From: Octopus sinensis
Lineage: Eukaryota
Length of the DNA stretch: 64,000 nucleotides
NCBI RefSeq assembly: GCF_006345805.1
Contig: NC_043007.1
Span: 46,314,001 to 46,378,000 of the forward strand
Reading direction: 5' to 3'
Part shown: positions 1-14,760 of the stretch, piece after piece
Layout: each line of letters starts with the position of its first letter
How positions within the stretch are numbered: position 1 is the stretch's first letter
Notes under the pieces: model-generated
Told to the model about the DNA's origin: nothing
The model's database searches: none
Seen by the model: only the letters and a program-made list of their open reading frames with translations
Position numbers and translations under genes: made by a program

Positions 1-543
1 TATATATATATGCATATAAATATAGGTATGTATGTATATATATATAGTCGTACATACCAATGTTTAAGATGATACACACTATAACTGCAGAAACAAGGAA
101 AACATCACCATAAGAAGAGATTGTTAATCCCTTCGCTCAACAAACATCATTGTATAACAACTGGTTACCTGTTGAAACCAGAATTTATTGAGCTGAGTTA
201 CGTCTTGAATGAAATAGAAAAAAGTAGTGTACTACCATCCTTAAATCTGCTGAAAGAATACCCCCTCATAAAATGTGCAGAAGGAATAGCAAATATATCG
301 AACCCTACTACACACACATCCGTCCCCATATTGCTACCACTACTTCTGCTAATCCCATCACCTACCAAGTACACAATGAAATACCCACATAGCTAGACTG
401 ATTCTCATACTGGCAGGAAGAGTTAAATAGCCCTCTCTGATTCATCCACTAATGCAGTATCACCTGGTGAAATGAATCAATGATGATAATCAACCGGATG
501 CCCATTGATACTACGGATAATACTGTGATAATCCTAAGGGTAC

Positions 544-590
544 GGACTCTGATGTTAAAATCATGTGATTTGTGGAAACGCGCGTAGCGA
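544..590 (+). ncRNA. Degenerate minimal hammerhead-like motif at the end of a (TA)n-flanked repeat
   Basis: CTGATGT(549-555)...AAATCA-TG-TGATTT stem...GAAAC-GCGC-GTA(575-586). The palindromic tetraloop stem III is typical of PLE hammerheads, but the core has one substitution and stem I does not pair. Confidence 0.4.
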
Positions 591-821
591 TGTATTAAAC
601 ATTTATAAATTCAATCCTAGAATTATATATATATATATACCTGTGTGTGTTTGTGAATTTTGGTTGCAAGATTCATAATGAAATGTCGTGTGTTGAAACA
701 GATGCAGTTGTATTTCGGGACGGTCATTTGTTTTTGTCAAGTAAACACATGCACTGTATAATCGTTCTTCACTCGTTTGTTACAGTTCTTATTCTAACTC
801 ATGTCCATTGTCCGGAAATCT

Positions 822-924
822 TTAGTTATACATTTGTGACCTCCTCAGTGACACTTCCCTTCTTCGTGTGCTCTCGTGCTCTGACCATCCTCAAATAAAA
901 CAATATATGCATAAATATATATAA
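822..924 (+). repeat. 103-bp direct duplication, copy 1 (copy 2 at 3352-3454)
   Basis: TTAGTTATACATTTGTGACCTCCTCAGTGACACTTCCC...ATAAATATATATAA occurs twice with 2 mismatches. Confidence 0.95.
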
Positions 925-2134
925 GAGAGTTTGTATGTGTGTGTGTGTGCGCGCGTGTATGTTCCTTACGCATTCGAAAACAGAGTTGCCGTTTTTTGAC
1001 GTATGGGGTATCAAGAGTTTCAACATACTTTTGGCTACCAACTAAACTATATTTTCCTTCACTTATTTGCATTACAAAAATTTAACATTGTCATTTTCGT
1101 TTTAGTCACCTATCGTAAACGCCATCTTTTACCACCATCACGATGACAATGCCGTCACATTTTCTATATGTGTTCCAGCGATCGTTACGTACGTTAGGCC
1201 GATGATTGACATGTATATATGCGTAACTAAATTTCTGTGACACCTGAAACACACGCACACATTTAAAGACACAAAAAGACACACACAGGGACAGAGGCAG
1301 GCTTGAGGTGTGCGTTAATATATGTCTGTGTGTCTGTTATTATATGTATATGACTTTATACTCAACAGTGAAACGCGCTGATATTGAAAGTTGCAACGAC
1401 AAGGTTTCATTAGAAATTGAAAATAGTTTCGCACCTTCAGTTACAACCAAAATTGCAGTGTTTGATTACGAGACTGACGATGTGTGGATAATGAAAATAA
1501 CGCTTCTCGGATGACAGTTGATTGACAACTTTGAGAGTTATAACGAAACATAGCCGCTGCTTATTATCTGTCAACCACATAAACTTTGCTTTTCACTCAA
1601 CAACTCTTTTTTACAACTAAAATAACCTAGGCAACTACTCGGGTCGCACAATTTTAAGGTCATTTCCAGACAGTATTTCAATGTGCTTCTAATGTTTTAC
1701 TTTTATCCGATGTTTCACGCATGCATATAATTCTACAAGGACAAACATTTAGGAAAATGTTCACATAAATATTGTTTTAAAATAAGTCACAAAGACATTA
1801 CATTAAAAACCAACTATTTCTCTATATGTTATGAGGAAATACAGTCACTCTGTCTGTTTCTGTCTGTCTCTCACGCACAAAAAAGATGTATGCATATGTA
1901 TTTATGGGCAAAGGTGAAGAATACCTACAGTGTGTGGTTAGGATTAGGGTTACGCTGAAAACAGGTGGCGTACGTATTCTTTACCTCTGTCTATTTATGT
2001 ACGTATATATGAAAGATAATGCGTGTGCGCGAGAAAGAGAGAAAGAGAGAGAGAGAGGAGGTGCGTGAGACAGTGACACTTACTCATACATGCAAAAACA
2101 TTTATTCATCACGACACACACTTTCATTCACTCA

Positions 2135-2172
<38 letters not shown>

Positions 2173-3351
2173 TTCATGCACACACACACGCGTCCATTTT
2201 ATATTGACGTACATCATTCCCTTTCTCCTCTCTTTCTCTTTCACCTCTCACGTCAAAGCAAATGCCGCTTATTCATTTTATCCTCTCTCTCAATTTCTGC
2301 TCTCTCCGATGTATAAAGAAATTAAAATAATTTTACGGAAATTAACGAATAATCATATGATCCCATATATGTCGATTTGACAACTTTGCTTCCTTAAACG
2401 AACGGATACCATAAAACAACTTCCTTTCACACACACACACATACACAGACACATACACACACGCACACAAACAAACACACACGGACACACTCTAGGTAAA
2501 ACTTCTGTGCGAATTATGTTAATACTTGCAGTGTGCACGAGTTAATTTAAAGCTCACATCCAATTGAAATAATCCTTTTCTATTGCGTAATTTGTGTTTG
2601 TGATAAACGTATTTAAAAACCTGATCATCGATATAAACTTAAAAGAAAGTTTTCTCATAAAGTTTTTCCGGAAATCGTGTCCTTTACCTCTTTTTTCTAG
2701 CATGTCCGAGGTGAAATTTCCGCTCACTCACCTTATTCTTTTCCTAAATTTCTTCAGATTCCTATTTTTACAATACAGGAGATTAGGATTTCATCCTCAA
2801 TATTTTTTATTTTCTCCCTCTCCACACAAAATTCACTTTATACTTTTTTCAAATATTTTTTTCTTGGTAATCCATGGAGAAAAAACAGTGAGTACGAATC
2901 TTTACGAATTTTACCCATCACCTCATCACTGTAAAAAAGTTGCACACTTCCAATATTTCACGTTTAGCTTTGTGGAAAGCGGGGACGTTTCTTCAGATAT
3001 AATGTCCTTTACCTGTTGTTTCTAACATACCGGGTCTTCTGGTGGTGGTTTTGGATTTTTAAGTCTTCTATTTCAGTAGAATTATACGCATGCGAGAAAC
3101 ATAATGCAAAAGTGAAACCGATGGATAGGCGAGGTGGGGGAATAGATTCTGAGTGTTTCATTAAGAATAATTAAACTATAACAATATATGTATTTCCCAG
3201 ATTCTCTGTATTTTTCTACGTAGATAAAAAAATAAAATAAAATAATATATATATATATATATAAAATTCGAAAAAGTTACAAATTAAGAAAATGCGGTGA
3301 GGATGGGAGGAACTTGAAATTTTGTAGATGTGATTTCTGGACAAAATCATA

Positions 3352-3454
3352 TTAGTTATACATTTGTGACCTCCTCAGTGACACTTCCCTTCTTCGTGCG
3401 CTCTCGTGCTCTGACCATCCTCAAATAAAACAATATATACATAAATATATATAA
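3352..3454 (+). repeat. 103-bp direct duplication, copy 2, fused to the 5' end of a truncated LINE
   Basis: Matches 822-924 and is followed immediately by LINE coding sequence. Confidence 0.95.
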
Positions 3455-4466
3455 ACCTGGAGAAGTAAAATTGAAAAAGAGATTGAATTTATGAGAAGGG
3501 AAATATCAATATTAAATGAACTAACATGTGGAAATGATATAAGATCCAGAACAGGAAGAAAGATGAAGAGAAAATTTGGATCCTCACCAAGAGAAGAACT
3601 GATATCAATGAAAGAAACGCTGAAACAAAAAGTTCAAGCAAAAGCCCAAAGAATACGAACATTTGAGAAGAGAAACAAGTTTTACAAGCAAAATAAGCTG
3701 TTCACATCCAATGCCAAAAAATTCTACAGAGAAATAGGGAAGGAGAAAGTAACCGTTAAAGACCCCCCTCCCATGGAAGAAGTTCAAAACTTTTGGAAAA
3801 TGATTTGGAGTGACAAGAAGACGTACAACATAAATGCAGACTGGATTATACAAACAGAAGGATCCTACCAAAATTTACAACAACAATGGGAAGACATCAC
3901 AATAGCAGACCTAAGAAAGGCACTCACGAAGGCCCATAATTGGAAATCCCCCGGTAAAGATAGGGTGCCGAATTTCTGGCTCGCATCGCTCCCATGCGCA
4001 TACCGTAAGCTAGTTCAGCTGCTCAATGGAATTATGAGAGACCCAAAGAAAACACCTGAATGGTTAGCAAGTGGTATTACTTACCTACTCCCAAAGAATA
4101 ACGAAACCAACCTTCCAAAAACTATAGGCCTATAATCTGTCTATCCACCACGTATAAAATCCTAACATGTATCCAGGCGGAGAAAACATATGCATTCATG
4201 GAGAAGAACGATATTTTCCCCATCGAACAAAAAGGGTGCCGCCGAGGCTCATACGGATGCAAAGATCAACTGCTAATTAATCGTATGATCCTTGAGAACT
4301 GTCACAACAAGCGCAGAAATCCCTAAAATTAACGAATTAGTGAGTTTAGTTTAATGGTCTACCAATGTATACTATGAGTTTCTTTGCCCTAGGAGTCGGG
4401 AAGACACTCGGCAAGAAATGGAAGCAAATTTGAAAGAAGAGGAAAAAAAAAAAAAAAAAAAAAAAA

Positions 4467-4500
<34 letters not shown>
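3455..4500 (+). mobile_element. R4/Dong-type non-LTR retrotransposon fragment (5'-truncated, internally deleted) with 3' UTR and A/(TAA)n tail
   Basis: ORF 3491-4135 has WKSPGKDRVPNFWL and TYLLPK, followed by [19 protein letters not shown]. The RT stops at ~4320 and joins a 3' UTR homologous to 44090-44200(-), then polyA/(TAA)n. Confidence 0.9.
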
Positions 4501-5479
4501 GGGAGTTTGAGCAAACTAGTTCGGTTGTTGCCATAAATTGATTACAGAGCAACATTGTTTGGTGGAGCAGTAGCACTTCCATAGTGGTTGACCAAGAGAT
4601 GAACGGTGTTCTGCTTGAAGTAAAAAGAACAAGTATGCAAGAGAAATATTAAAATCATCTAACAGGCAAAGAAATATGTAACGCACCTAAACTTAAGAAG
4701 AATACAAATTACTAATCCCCAAGCTGCAAATTATAATAACCAATGTTAAAAAGGATGTTATTAGTTATCGGTGACCACGATGCAAACTAGCATCCTTGTA
4801 TTTGATTTCTGACATGTTATTGTGAGCCATTCAACGACGATAATAGAATATGACGAGGCAATACGTAAAATGACCAGAAATTTACATATACTTTGATGGA
4901 AAAACTAAGCATCTTATCTTTGTGCTACTAGGTCAGCAGATTTTCTTTTGAACAGAAATTACATGCTAGGTATGATCTCATAAAAACATATTCAAACGCT
5001 CGATTTTCTGATTTTAATATTTGTCACGCCTACCATCACAAAAGTAAATTTATCCACAGAATAAATTACCTCTTTCCACAAATGTACTAATTTACAGATA
5101 ATTACGTTTGTCTTAAAGCGTTTTCATAGAGTTCCACATCTCAATACCTTATCTGTTTTCACCGATAACTCCCATGTTGACAGAAATGGATTTTGACAGC
5201 GTTCATGATTCAGAGGAGGTATAAATTACATTGTAAATAAACAATTTTGTACACAGAAAATATAAGAGAAAGGCAATATTCTAAGAAATGTCACTTTCCT
5301 ATATTAATTTGTCAACTTACCCTTAATTCTTTTACCAAGAAGTTCGCTATACTAGACTCGGTCTCCCATAAAATTGTTAAGGATTCGCAATCAACGTTCT
5401 TTTGTCTGTGGCCAACATTATGTTGTACGGTGCAAACACTATTATAGATGGGAAACAGATTTAATAGAGGAGTTTCTGA

Positions 5480-6120
5480 GATTGAAGAGTGACAAATGTG
5501 CCAAGGGAAGAAGCTTATTAACATTAATATCATGCTCAAAAAGGTAATAGATTGAAAGGAATTAGAACAAAGATATAATTACACATATCTGCACAGTGCA
5601 GAACACATGGAAATGGAAATGATAGAAGTAATATGCCTTTTAAATTAATAGTTAAAATATAGCTAAATATATAGATATCAGTGTTCCCGCTGTACTAGTA
5701 ATAGCTATAATAACTATGCGCAGATTAGATGAATACGGCAAAGTAGTACATTTACAATGAAAATAGGGATGTAGAGGTCATCAGCAACTTGAAATTGTAC
5801 AAGTTCACGATAAGATCACAAACAACGTCTAAAGAACTATGGAAAGCTATTACAAAGAGCTATTAAATTTCATTCTGGGCCAAATCGAAAGATAAAATAT
5901 AGTTCTTGCAGTTTCAGGTGAAGAACCCAATACAAAATTGACACGAAACTAATAAACAATTACGAGGAGAAAGGATCAACAGCAACAGAAGTTGTGAGAG
6001 GTCTAAAAGTGAACTGACTTAGGCCTTATATTGTTATCTTAACACACTATCAAAAACAGTCCCTACAAGTTAGACATAGACAACTGAGAATATTGGTACT
6101 GTCTGAGACGCCTAGAGTTT
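5480..6120 (+). mobile_element. Highly decayed R4/Dong-like LINE remnant
   Basis: Short motifs DKCAK and KELEQRYNYTYL resemble the post-RT region of the younger copies; many stops. Confidence 0.4.
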
Positions 6121-8330
6121 CAAGATGAAACCAACAGGTTTTGTTTGCCGTGCAATATCAGAACCCACATTCCAGAAATTACCAATTTTCAAGTAATTGC
6201 AGAATGTGTGGAAACTGACAAGAAAATTTTAAATCTCGTTGTTTATTTTTCGTTACCTAATTTTTCAACTGATAAAGAATATATATATATTTGAGATTCC
6301 ATACATTGAAAGTAAAATCTATTGTCTGATATAACGGCATAAACGAGATTGTAGGTGCTCTGAAAACAGTGCCAGAGAATGGCAAATTGCTCACACAATA
6401 TGTCTATCTAAACATAAAAATGGATTAGACATTATTGTCAAGTAAACAACTTGGAAAGGAAGTAACTTTTGGCCGCAGTATCATTCACATAATACGAAAC
6501 CTATTTGTAATAAGATGCAATGATTTATCTATACATAATGATATGTTGATAGAGGAAACCAGAATGTGTGAAATGAAGACAGAAAATTCCCTCTATAAAA
6601 GAAGATAATTTAGGAATGAATATAATTTGATGCAAATGAAAAAGTTCATAATACGTTCTCACGAAACAAACATTTACGCATATATAATTTATACAGAAAA
6701 TAAAAACAATAGTAAGAACTGCACGGATATTATGTAGGCGACTATGATTACAACTGAAAACAAATATGCCAAAGTAAAGCCAGCACATACTCGATGGGCG
6801 TTGAACGTCTCTCGGTTGTGCAGTAAAATCACGCAATAAAATTTACACGACTGAACAGTAATAATAACGACGGTTTCTCAGTTACTTTCGCTTTAAGTTT
6901 ATTCCGTTTTGAAAAAAAAGACATACGTTTACATAGATGTATTGATTGATTAAAGTCTTCTGGGTCTGTAATAAAAACATTTGTTTCAATGATTTAGATT
7001 AACTGAGGGAATAGCTGCGATGATCTGAAATACTCATTCGAATTATAGTTATAAAAAGTATGTTAGTAAACTATACTGGAATATTTATTGAACCACATAG
7101 CATTAGATTCTATGCTGCTTGTTTCCATATGAAACTTACATGAACGCAAATAGAAAAGAATCCAATGATGATTCTCCTTTATTTACTTCGTAAAGGATGA
7201 AAGAACTGCTCATTTTTTATACTCGAAAAACCGAAAAAAGGAATTACGATAGAGTGACGATTATTCTGATAGTATTAAAAGTAATCGGAGGAAAGTTTAT
7301 GCTTGTCAAATTATTTTCATATCCATCAGATAAACTCGTTTGCTGTTTACAATTATCCATGTCAAGTATTCATGTAATGTATGTGTATCATGGGCATTTA
7401 CATCTCTCGTTTTGTACAAAAGCTAAATGTCTTAAGGCAACATGAATATTTTATTTGGAATGCAGACGATTATCTAATTACTGAACAATAATAGTAGATA
7501 ATAAAGTTTGTAGCTTTATTATAAAAATAATATATGACTTCATGCCATATGAGAAAATATTACATTACCTTGCATATGTTGCTTAATGGTTTGATAATAT
7601 TTCAGGAAAGGTTCTCATTACCATATATAAACCAGAAAATATTCGAAGAGAAAGGAAAAGTGTTGATACCGGCAAGTATTTTTTCTTTTTTTTTTGCGGG
7701 CGGGTTATTTTCTGAACTTTATATACTAACAAACATGGAATCCGATTGCATATTTATTAATGATGAAGAAATAATATATCTAGTTGGCATTATTTTCTTA
7801 CGTTTCTCAGTTTCGATTTTCATTTGTGAACTCTAAATATATTTGGAATACCTTCATCATATTCTACGAGAGTCATTCAAATTTTGAAAGCTAATGGAGT
7901 AAATATTTCTATCGAAATGTTCCTTTGTGAAAATCTTTCACACATACAACCCGAATAATATTGATTTGTTGCAAAAACATAACTCATAATATGAGTGAGA
8001 TAGATAGATGAATAGATAGATAGAGAGAGAGATAGAGAAAGAGAAAGATATTTTTGTCGCAAAACATTGTGAAAATATCGCCTTCACGACAATTTTATGG
8101 AGAATAGATATTGCATCTACACGCCATCTTAAATTCATTAATCATAATGATTAGTCCCCTATTTTTCAATCCTCGCTCTATCCATCGTAAACACTAGTGG
8201 TACAGTCAATCCTTTTGATCCTAATAAGTGAACGGCTGCAAAATGTATCGACCTGAGAATGATAAAAGTCTACACCCGAGGATATACAAACTCCAACTGT
8301 CAAAATTTTATTAATTTTAATTTACGACTA

Positions 8331-8540
8331 AGGCGGCGAGCTGGCAGAATCGTTAGCACGTCGGGTAAACTGCTTAGCGGCATTTCGTCCATCTTTACAA
8401 TCTGACTTCAAATTTCACAGAGATTGACATTTACCCTTTTAGCGGAGATAAGATACGTATCAGGCAAGTACTGGGATTGATGCCACCGACTTAACCCCTT
8501 CCCTGGACTTACATTACTGGAGTTAAAATTTGAAACCAAT
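8331..8540 (+). mobile_element. SINE (octopus-type family)
   Basis: Head AGGCGGCGAGCTGGCAGAATCGTTAGCACG; homologous to copies at 36631-37290 and 47041-47248. Confidence 0.75.
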
Positions 8541-11500
8541 ATTTATTTACGATTCCTCTCGGTCGATACAATATCTGTAAAGGATTGGAAAATTATGAAT
8601 TCAGATTCTTCAATCAGCATTTTGTTGTGGTTGAAATAAGTGCCAATACTGTACAAATGTGGATTTGGTGGAAGGGACCCATTCTATATTAGGTTTATGA
8701 ATGTATGTCTTCGTAAAACGAAAAATAAGAACAAATTAATCTGAGAAATCAATGTCATTTTTTTCCCAAATTCCTTCTGTGATGATCTGAAAAATACTGT
8801 GGAGTGACACGCAGAATTCTGTCAAACGGGTTATATACTTCTACATTTGGTAATGTGGCGGTTTATAAATGGTATAAATCCTCATAAAATTAGTAGATTG
8901 ACGGAGAATGAGGCTGATTTTAGTTGTGATTCAATGTGACAGCTATTATATCTATAAATTTGTTTACGGGCGATAACTGTTTGAAAAGATATTAAACAAT
9001 ATTATTTAACTGCTTTTTACCAATTTATGCCCGCCTTTAATGAGTTTGTATATATTATGCTAACATTAATCCCCTAAGTAAATATGTAGCAATTTTGGTC
9101 TTTGTTAGAAAAACAAAACCTTAGTAAATGTTTCAATAACACCGGAAAAGTGGCATGAATAATATAATACATAAATATACATATAGAAATATATACATCG
9201 AGAATACATTGCATATCAGTAGTAAATTATATTACTTCTTTAGTTTTCAACATGTGTAATCCATTATTTTAGGAAATTTAATACAAATAACATTTTAATG
9301 TTTAATTGATTCAGGAAATGATGATTATATCTGTTGCCATAAATAGTACAAAAACAAAATGTTTATCGAACAAATCTTATTCATTTAGTAATCAATCTCT
9401 TAGTTCCGAGCGTGTTGAAATCTACGGAAATATAATTAATATTTGTGAGATTGTTTCTCTGCCGATGATAATTTATCGAGTTCATTTATACTACATACGC
9501 TTAATGAATTATCCTAATTAATAATGATTTTGTTCTTAGTAATTAATAATTCTAATGCTTTAAATAAATTTTTGAACAAATATTTCTAATTTTAAAAATA
9601 TTATGTTATATTAGATCTCACGTTGGATCCTTTTTGAAATTTGTAACGCAACCTGTTCGCGAGCACTTCAATGTAATAAGTGCTGCTCCGAAAAGTATTT
9701 GCTAATATCCGTTCGTTTATAACAAGACACTGTGTAGTAACGTACAGCTAACGTTTACAACGGATAGATTTTTGTTCAATGAAAGTCTAATTATGATGAA
9801 AAGTAACGAGTGGCATTTGTAGCATTGCTTGAGTAATGAGAAAATTTATTATGTATTCAGTGACACAGAGCTAACCAAAATAGAAAGAGAAATTGAATTT
9901 TCAATTAACCTTACATTCCTTTAGCCTTGTTCATATATATACATGTGTGTCTGTGTCTGTGTGCATCGAAAAACATATTTGCATGTTCACATTACTGTTT
10001 TTCTTTCAAGCAAAGTTACACCAATATGTCAAAACAATTAAATGTAACAGTCACATATATGTCAGTTGTTTTCTGGTATTTTCTCTTGATATGTTCTTCA
10101 CTGTCTAACTCTTTCCCTTCTCCCTAGTACCTCACATGCATGTGTGTATGTATATATGTATGTATGCATACATGCATGCATATATATATGTATTATGCTA
10201 TGTTAGATATATTTTATATATTACGTACATACATTTATACATGCATATATGCTTATAGATATTATTTTATATAGATTTAAATGTTCACATGTACGTGCTG
10301 CACAGCACAAGACATTTCATTTTAATATTGATCTTTCATGGAATTACAATATTAAATTGTTCGGACTAGACAACCAAGTAGCATATAGAATAGACGAAAT
10401 AATTTATTGGGTCAACACAATTATATATTTCAGGATTTTGTTGTATATCTCCTACAACGACTAAAATTTCTGGCAATCACGGCAAGGTTCATGATTCCCG
10501 GAGACATGCTTGCGATAATATACGGCGTAAACCATTTATACTATGAAACCAATTTTTTCAACATAACTTTCATGGATTAGGGTCAAGGTCAATCTATTCG
10601 GAGGTATATTTGATTGAAGCAAGTTTAATCATGTTTTCTGATCCGGTTTTATACAACATTATATAATACATGTTGCTTTCGAAGTGAAAGCAGGGAAAGT
10701 GACGAAAATGAATTCCCATAAATATTTCATCGCGTTCACTATAAATTTGTCAATTATTATTGATTAGCTAGAATACATTACCAGAGTAAATGTTATGTCA
10801 CCTTAAGCTGGATCCTTCGCATTTAATGGAGGCAAGATCATAGGTAATTAAAAGTTCTTAGGAATCATGCTGTCGAACAGATATAGTAAACCACTTCCAA
10901 GATTATTGGAGAGGATGTGAAATGACACGTTCTTGGTAACAAATTGGCATGATTAGGGGATTATCTTCGCCGGAACATAGTTATAGAAACGAACATATCG
11001 CAGGAGTAATCGGACATGACTTCAGAAATAGAGATTATGCAGAGAAAATTGTTAAATCCTAAGCAATAAAAATTGCAGTGACGAACACACAATCTAAAGA
11101 ATTAGCGTCATTCACAGAATGTATAAAACGAAGAGAATTTCATGGTAGCCATGAAATTCTCTGATGCCACTAGACAAATAAATACAAGAATTGCCAAGAG
11201 CAACAAGTTATCAGCTATAACAAAATCCCCAAAATAATTTGAACTATATTTAACGTGTATATAAAACTGAGCAAAATACAGTGTATAGAAAGTATCACGA
11301 ATTATAATTTTTTGCACTATAAATTTTATGACATAAAAACTAAAGAGATTTAACTTAAATTTGCATGTCGTGTATATGACAAAATTGTACTTCTATACCT
11401 AAATTATTTTCTTGAAAGTTTTAGCCGAGTGATAAATGCTAATTGTTAGATTTCCTTTTACGCTTACATAAGATGTAATGGCATTTAATGGTATTTTGTG

Positions 11501-11834
11501 CAATCTTTTTTTTTATTCGACAAAGATTAACATGAGCTTACGCGTCGTATTAATTCATATTAAGTGCATAGTAAAATGTATTAATTAGCAAATTCAGTAA
11601 AATACTGAGAGCTTTAAGGTAGTTAAGTGAATAATAGTTACTACTATTTTTGCCCTGTGCTCAATTGCTGATGCAGTATTCATTAAATTTCTACATTTCG
11701 GCTTCGATAATGAAAGTACTTGTCAAAAGTCGATGTCGAGTTAACCACTTTACTTTCTTCTTTTGGGTGTTGTAACATTAAAGCTTTGAAGTGTGGGTCT
11801 GTGAGGAGGGTGGAAGTGATAAAATACCTCATAA

Positions 11835-13153
11835 TACTGGTCAACATATTTTCTGGCACAAGGTTTATCAATGGTTTTCAGCTAATTTGGGGGTACTGAA
11901 TTCGAAACTTTGTCTACAACAGCTTTTTTGAGATATAAAATCTTTTAGTTTTGCTGGAAATAATTATGTAATGCTCATAGAGGAAGAACTTTAAAAATTT
12001 AATAGACATGTCTTACTTTTTAATCTAATAAATCAAAACTTTGTGGGAGTAAATGAACATTAGCATGTAACAATTCGACTTGGTGATAAAATATGAATAC
12101 AAAATCTCTATTCATTGTGTTTGGATATGGAACCGTACGTGGAAATTCTGATCATCTTATTACTGAAAGAATTACCTGTTTTTTTATGTTATCTCTTGTG
12201 CAAATCTTCTGGAATATCTCTTTTCAAGCTCCAGCAGTAATCTGCCACCATATTTAAGTCCCATTTCTAATACTTTTACATCTTGATGAAAGTCTCCACT
12301 TTGTTCTCCGCTAACATCACTCAAGTTCTCTGGAAATCCACACACGTGACTGTGTAAGTAGTGCAATTTAACGCTCATTCTACATGCAAGTGCTTACAAA
12401 CTCAAGAACAGCTCCTCGACAATCTCTTGATAGTCGTCAGCTTTCCTCTTCCTCAGAATATTCCACACTACATCAGATAAGGCTTTACAAGCACTAGCAT
12501 CCACTGCACTCATTGTTGTAACACAATGTGGATCCCCAAGCTGTGTTCTTATTTGATGTCCATCAAATATTCCTACCATCTTGTCATTGAGACTTGGCAT
12601 TTATATCTGAAACAGTCGACACAGTGGTCAAGAGCTTTGATGAATTGCTTCATCACACCAAGTTTCAACACAGGTTCTGCAAACTTTGTGGGGAACCCAG
12701 GTTTTGTCCTCGTCTCCAAGTGTTACTTTAAAGTAAGCAAGGTGCACCTTGATAAAGCTATTAATGCTGCACCTTTCAGCACGTAGAGCGAAGTATCCAC
12801 AAACGTAACAGAAGATATCAGGAACATTACAGCACGTCCTTCTTTTTGATGTTGTATCCATAACTAGATCACAGTGGTTCAATTCACACCTGAAGAGAAG
12901 AGGAAGGTCTTAAATCAAAATTCAGCCTGAACATATTCAAACTTAGTATGACAATCCAGCCAAAGTTCCCGTAAATAGTAGTGTAAAGTTAAATTTTGGT
13001 ATGTTCCAGGTAAATAAAAATATATACCAATGCAGTAAAATGTGATGTGATAAAGCAAGTTTGAGGTTACTTTTGGAATCAGCACCCAAAAATTAATCTA
13101 AAAGAACTCTAAGATTTTGTCAGAAAATAAAAGTTTTATTTTGTCGACAACTG
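11835..13153 (-). mobile_element. Chapaev3 (CMC superfamily) DNA transposon, internally deleted and frameshifted
   Basis: Fragments CCNVPDIFCYVCG...DKTWVPHKVCRTC, GIFDGHQIR and MSVKLHYLHSHVCGFPENLSDVSGEQSGDFHQD. Imperfect TIRs (TACTGGTCAACA... / ...TTGTCGACAACTG) are flanked by TAA on both sides. Confidence 0.8.
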
Positions 13154-14399
13154 TAATATTGCAAGTGCAATTTTTTAACCTTGATATTACAATTGTTTAA
13201 CCTTTATCCATATAATTTTACCACAATAGTGACTATTTTGGTGAAATTTTATGCATAATTGCCCACTTACATATATTGTAGTAGAAAAATTATCTCACAT
13301 GCTAGATACTTCCAGCTATAAAGGTCTTCTTAAATCAACATCTGCTGAACCTATGATGTGACTACTGTTGTACAAAAAAAGCAGTTCAACCTTTTCGAAC
13401 AAGTTCACTCACAGATTACAATTTACATCACGTTGCATTGTAAATCATGGTGGGTTATCCAGACTTCAGTTCACTTTCAGTGAAAATTCTCTGTTGGTGC
13501 AAATATGCACAAATCACGTCTGACTATATTTTCTGTATAGATATCAGACTGAAATATTGACAGCAAAGCATAAACTTTATAATCTTTACATCTTTGCACA
13601 CATCCAGAAATTATATTTTTCATTTTCTCAAAGATTTAACTTATCATACAAGTCATAATTGGCATACCGGCGAAAACTTTTAATTAGATTTGAGCTGTAA
13701 ATGCTTTTTTTACTGTCGTGAACACACGATCAGGTATTGGTCAGATAGATCTCATTGAATTCATTCAATAAATACATTTCGACAAATAAGATGCTCACTT
13801 GATCTATGAAAAAATCGAACACTGTATATGAAAAAAAAAACAATTACAAATTTAAATTACTGAAAAATTGATAACAGTCATTCTTATGCCAATAACTAAT
13901 TATTCTTCAATGAGAAACAATGTATATAATAAGTGAACAATATATGTATGCAATTGCAATCGGAACAAATATGATAGAGAAATGACAAAATCATAAATGC
14001 GGTCTCTTTTATCTATGATATAAATTTTGATCAAGCAATAATAGTCAAGTTGTAAAGCGGGATCTGAAAATCAAAGCTTTCATTATTGAATCAATTATGA
14101 GAAATGAACGTTTGAAGTCATTATACATTATACTAAAAGATTGTCCCTGAGTATTCTGTTTGTGTGTTTGGGGAGTGTTTGGTTGGGTGTGCATATGCAT
14201 TCGTGTGTAGAACACTAATACACCAATGCATATAAAGCATTAATGTTAGGAGGATATATATTTACAATAGCTATGGTAATTTAAACATACGTTGCAAAGA
14301 TTTAGGCCAAGACGTTTCTGCATTTTCTGTAGAATAATATGCAGATATATTCATGAATGTACAATTAGGCAGATTTATTTGCACATATACTTACTTAGA

Positions 14400-14760
14400 C
14401 GTATTAGTAATATATAATACTCTTCCTCCACAAGCAGCCAAAACGGATATGCGTTCTATCACTCAGCTCCACATTATTCAATGATTTAGCGTATCAGTTT
14501 CATGTATCCCCTTCAGATAATATCAAGGGAGTTGTGTTATCTTCATCCTTTGGAAGATGCCAAATTATAGCTTCCAATATAGCCTTGCATTTACTAAAGG
14601 ACCGGTAAACCTACCTATAACCTACTCTGCATTGTGCAATTCCACCTAACTCTATACTAATAATGATGCACGGAATGTATCTTTAAATTTCCTGTTTGAT
14701 CTTGTTAATATCATCATATGGTTTAAGTCATTGCATCAAACTTGGTGTTATCTCGTGTAA
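14400..14760 (-). mobile_element. Highly decayed LINE (R4/Dong-like) remnant
   Basis: Weak YMDD-like and DRLYLPR-like traces on the minus strand. Confidence 0.3.

Noticed and set aside
13620-13680. C2H2 zinc-finger linker-like HTGEN
   Set aside because: Single motif, no in-frame CxxC, frameshifted context.
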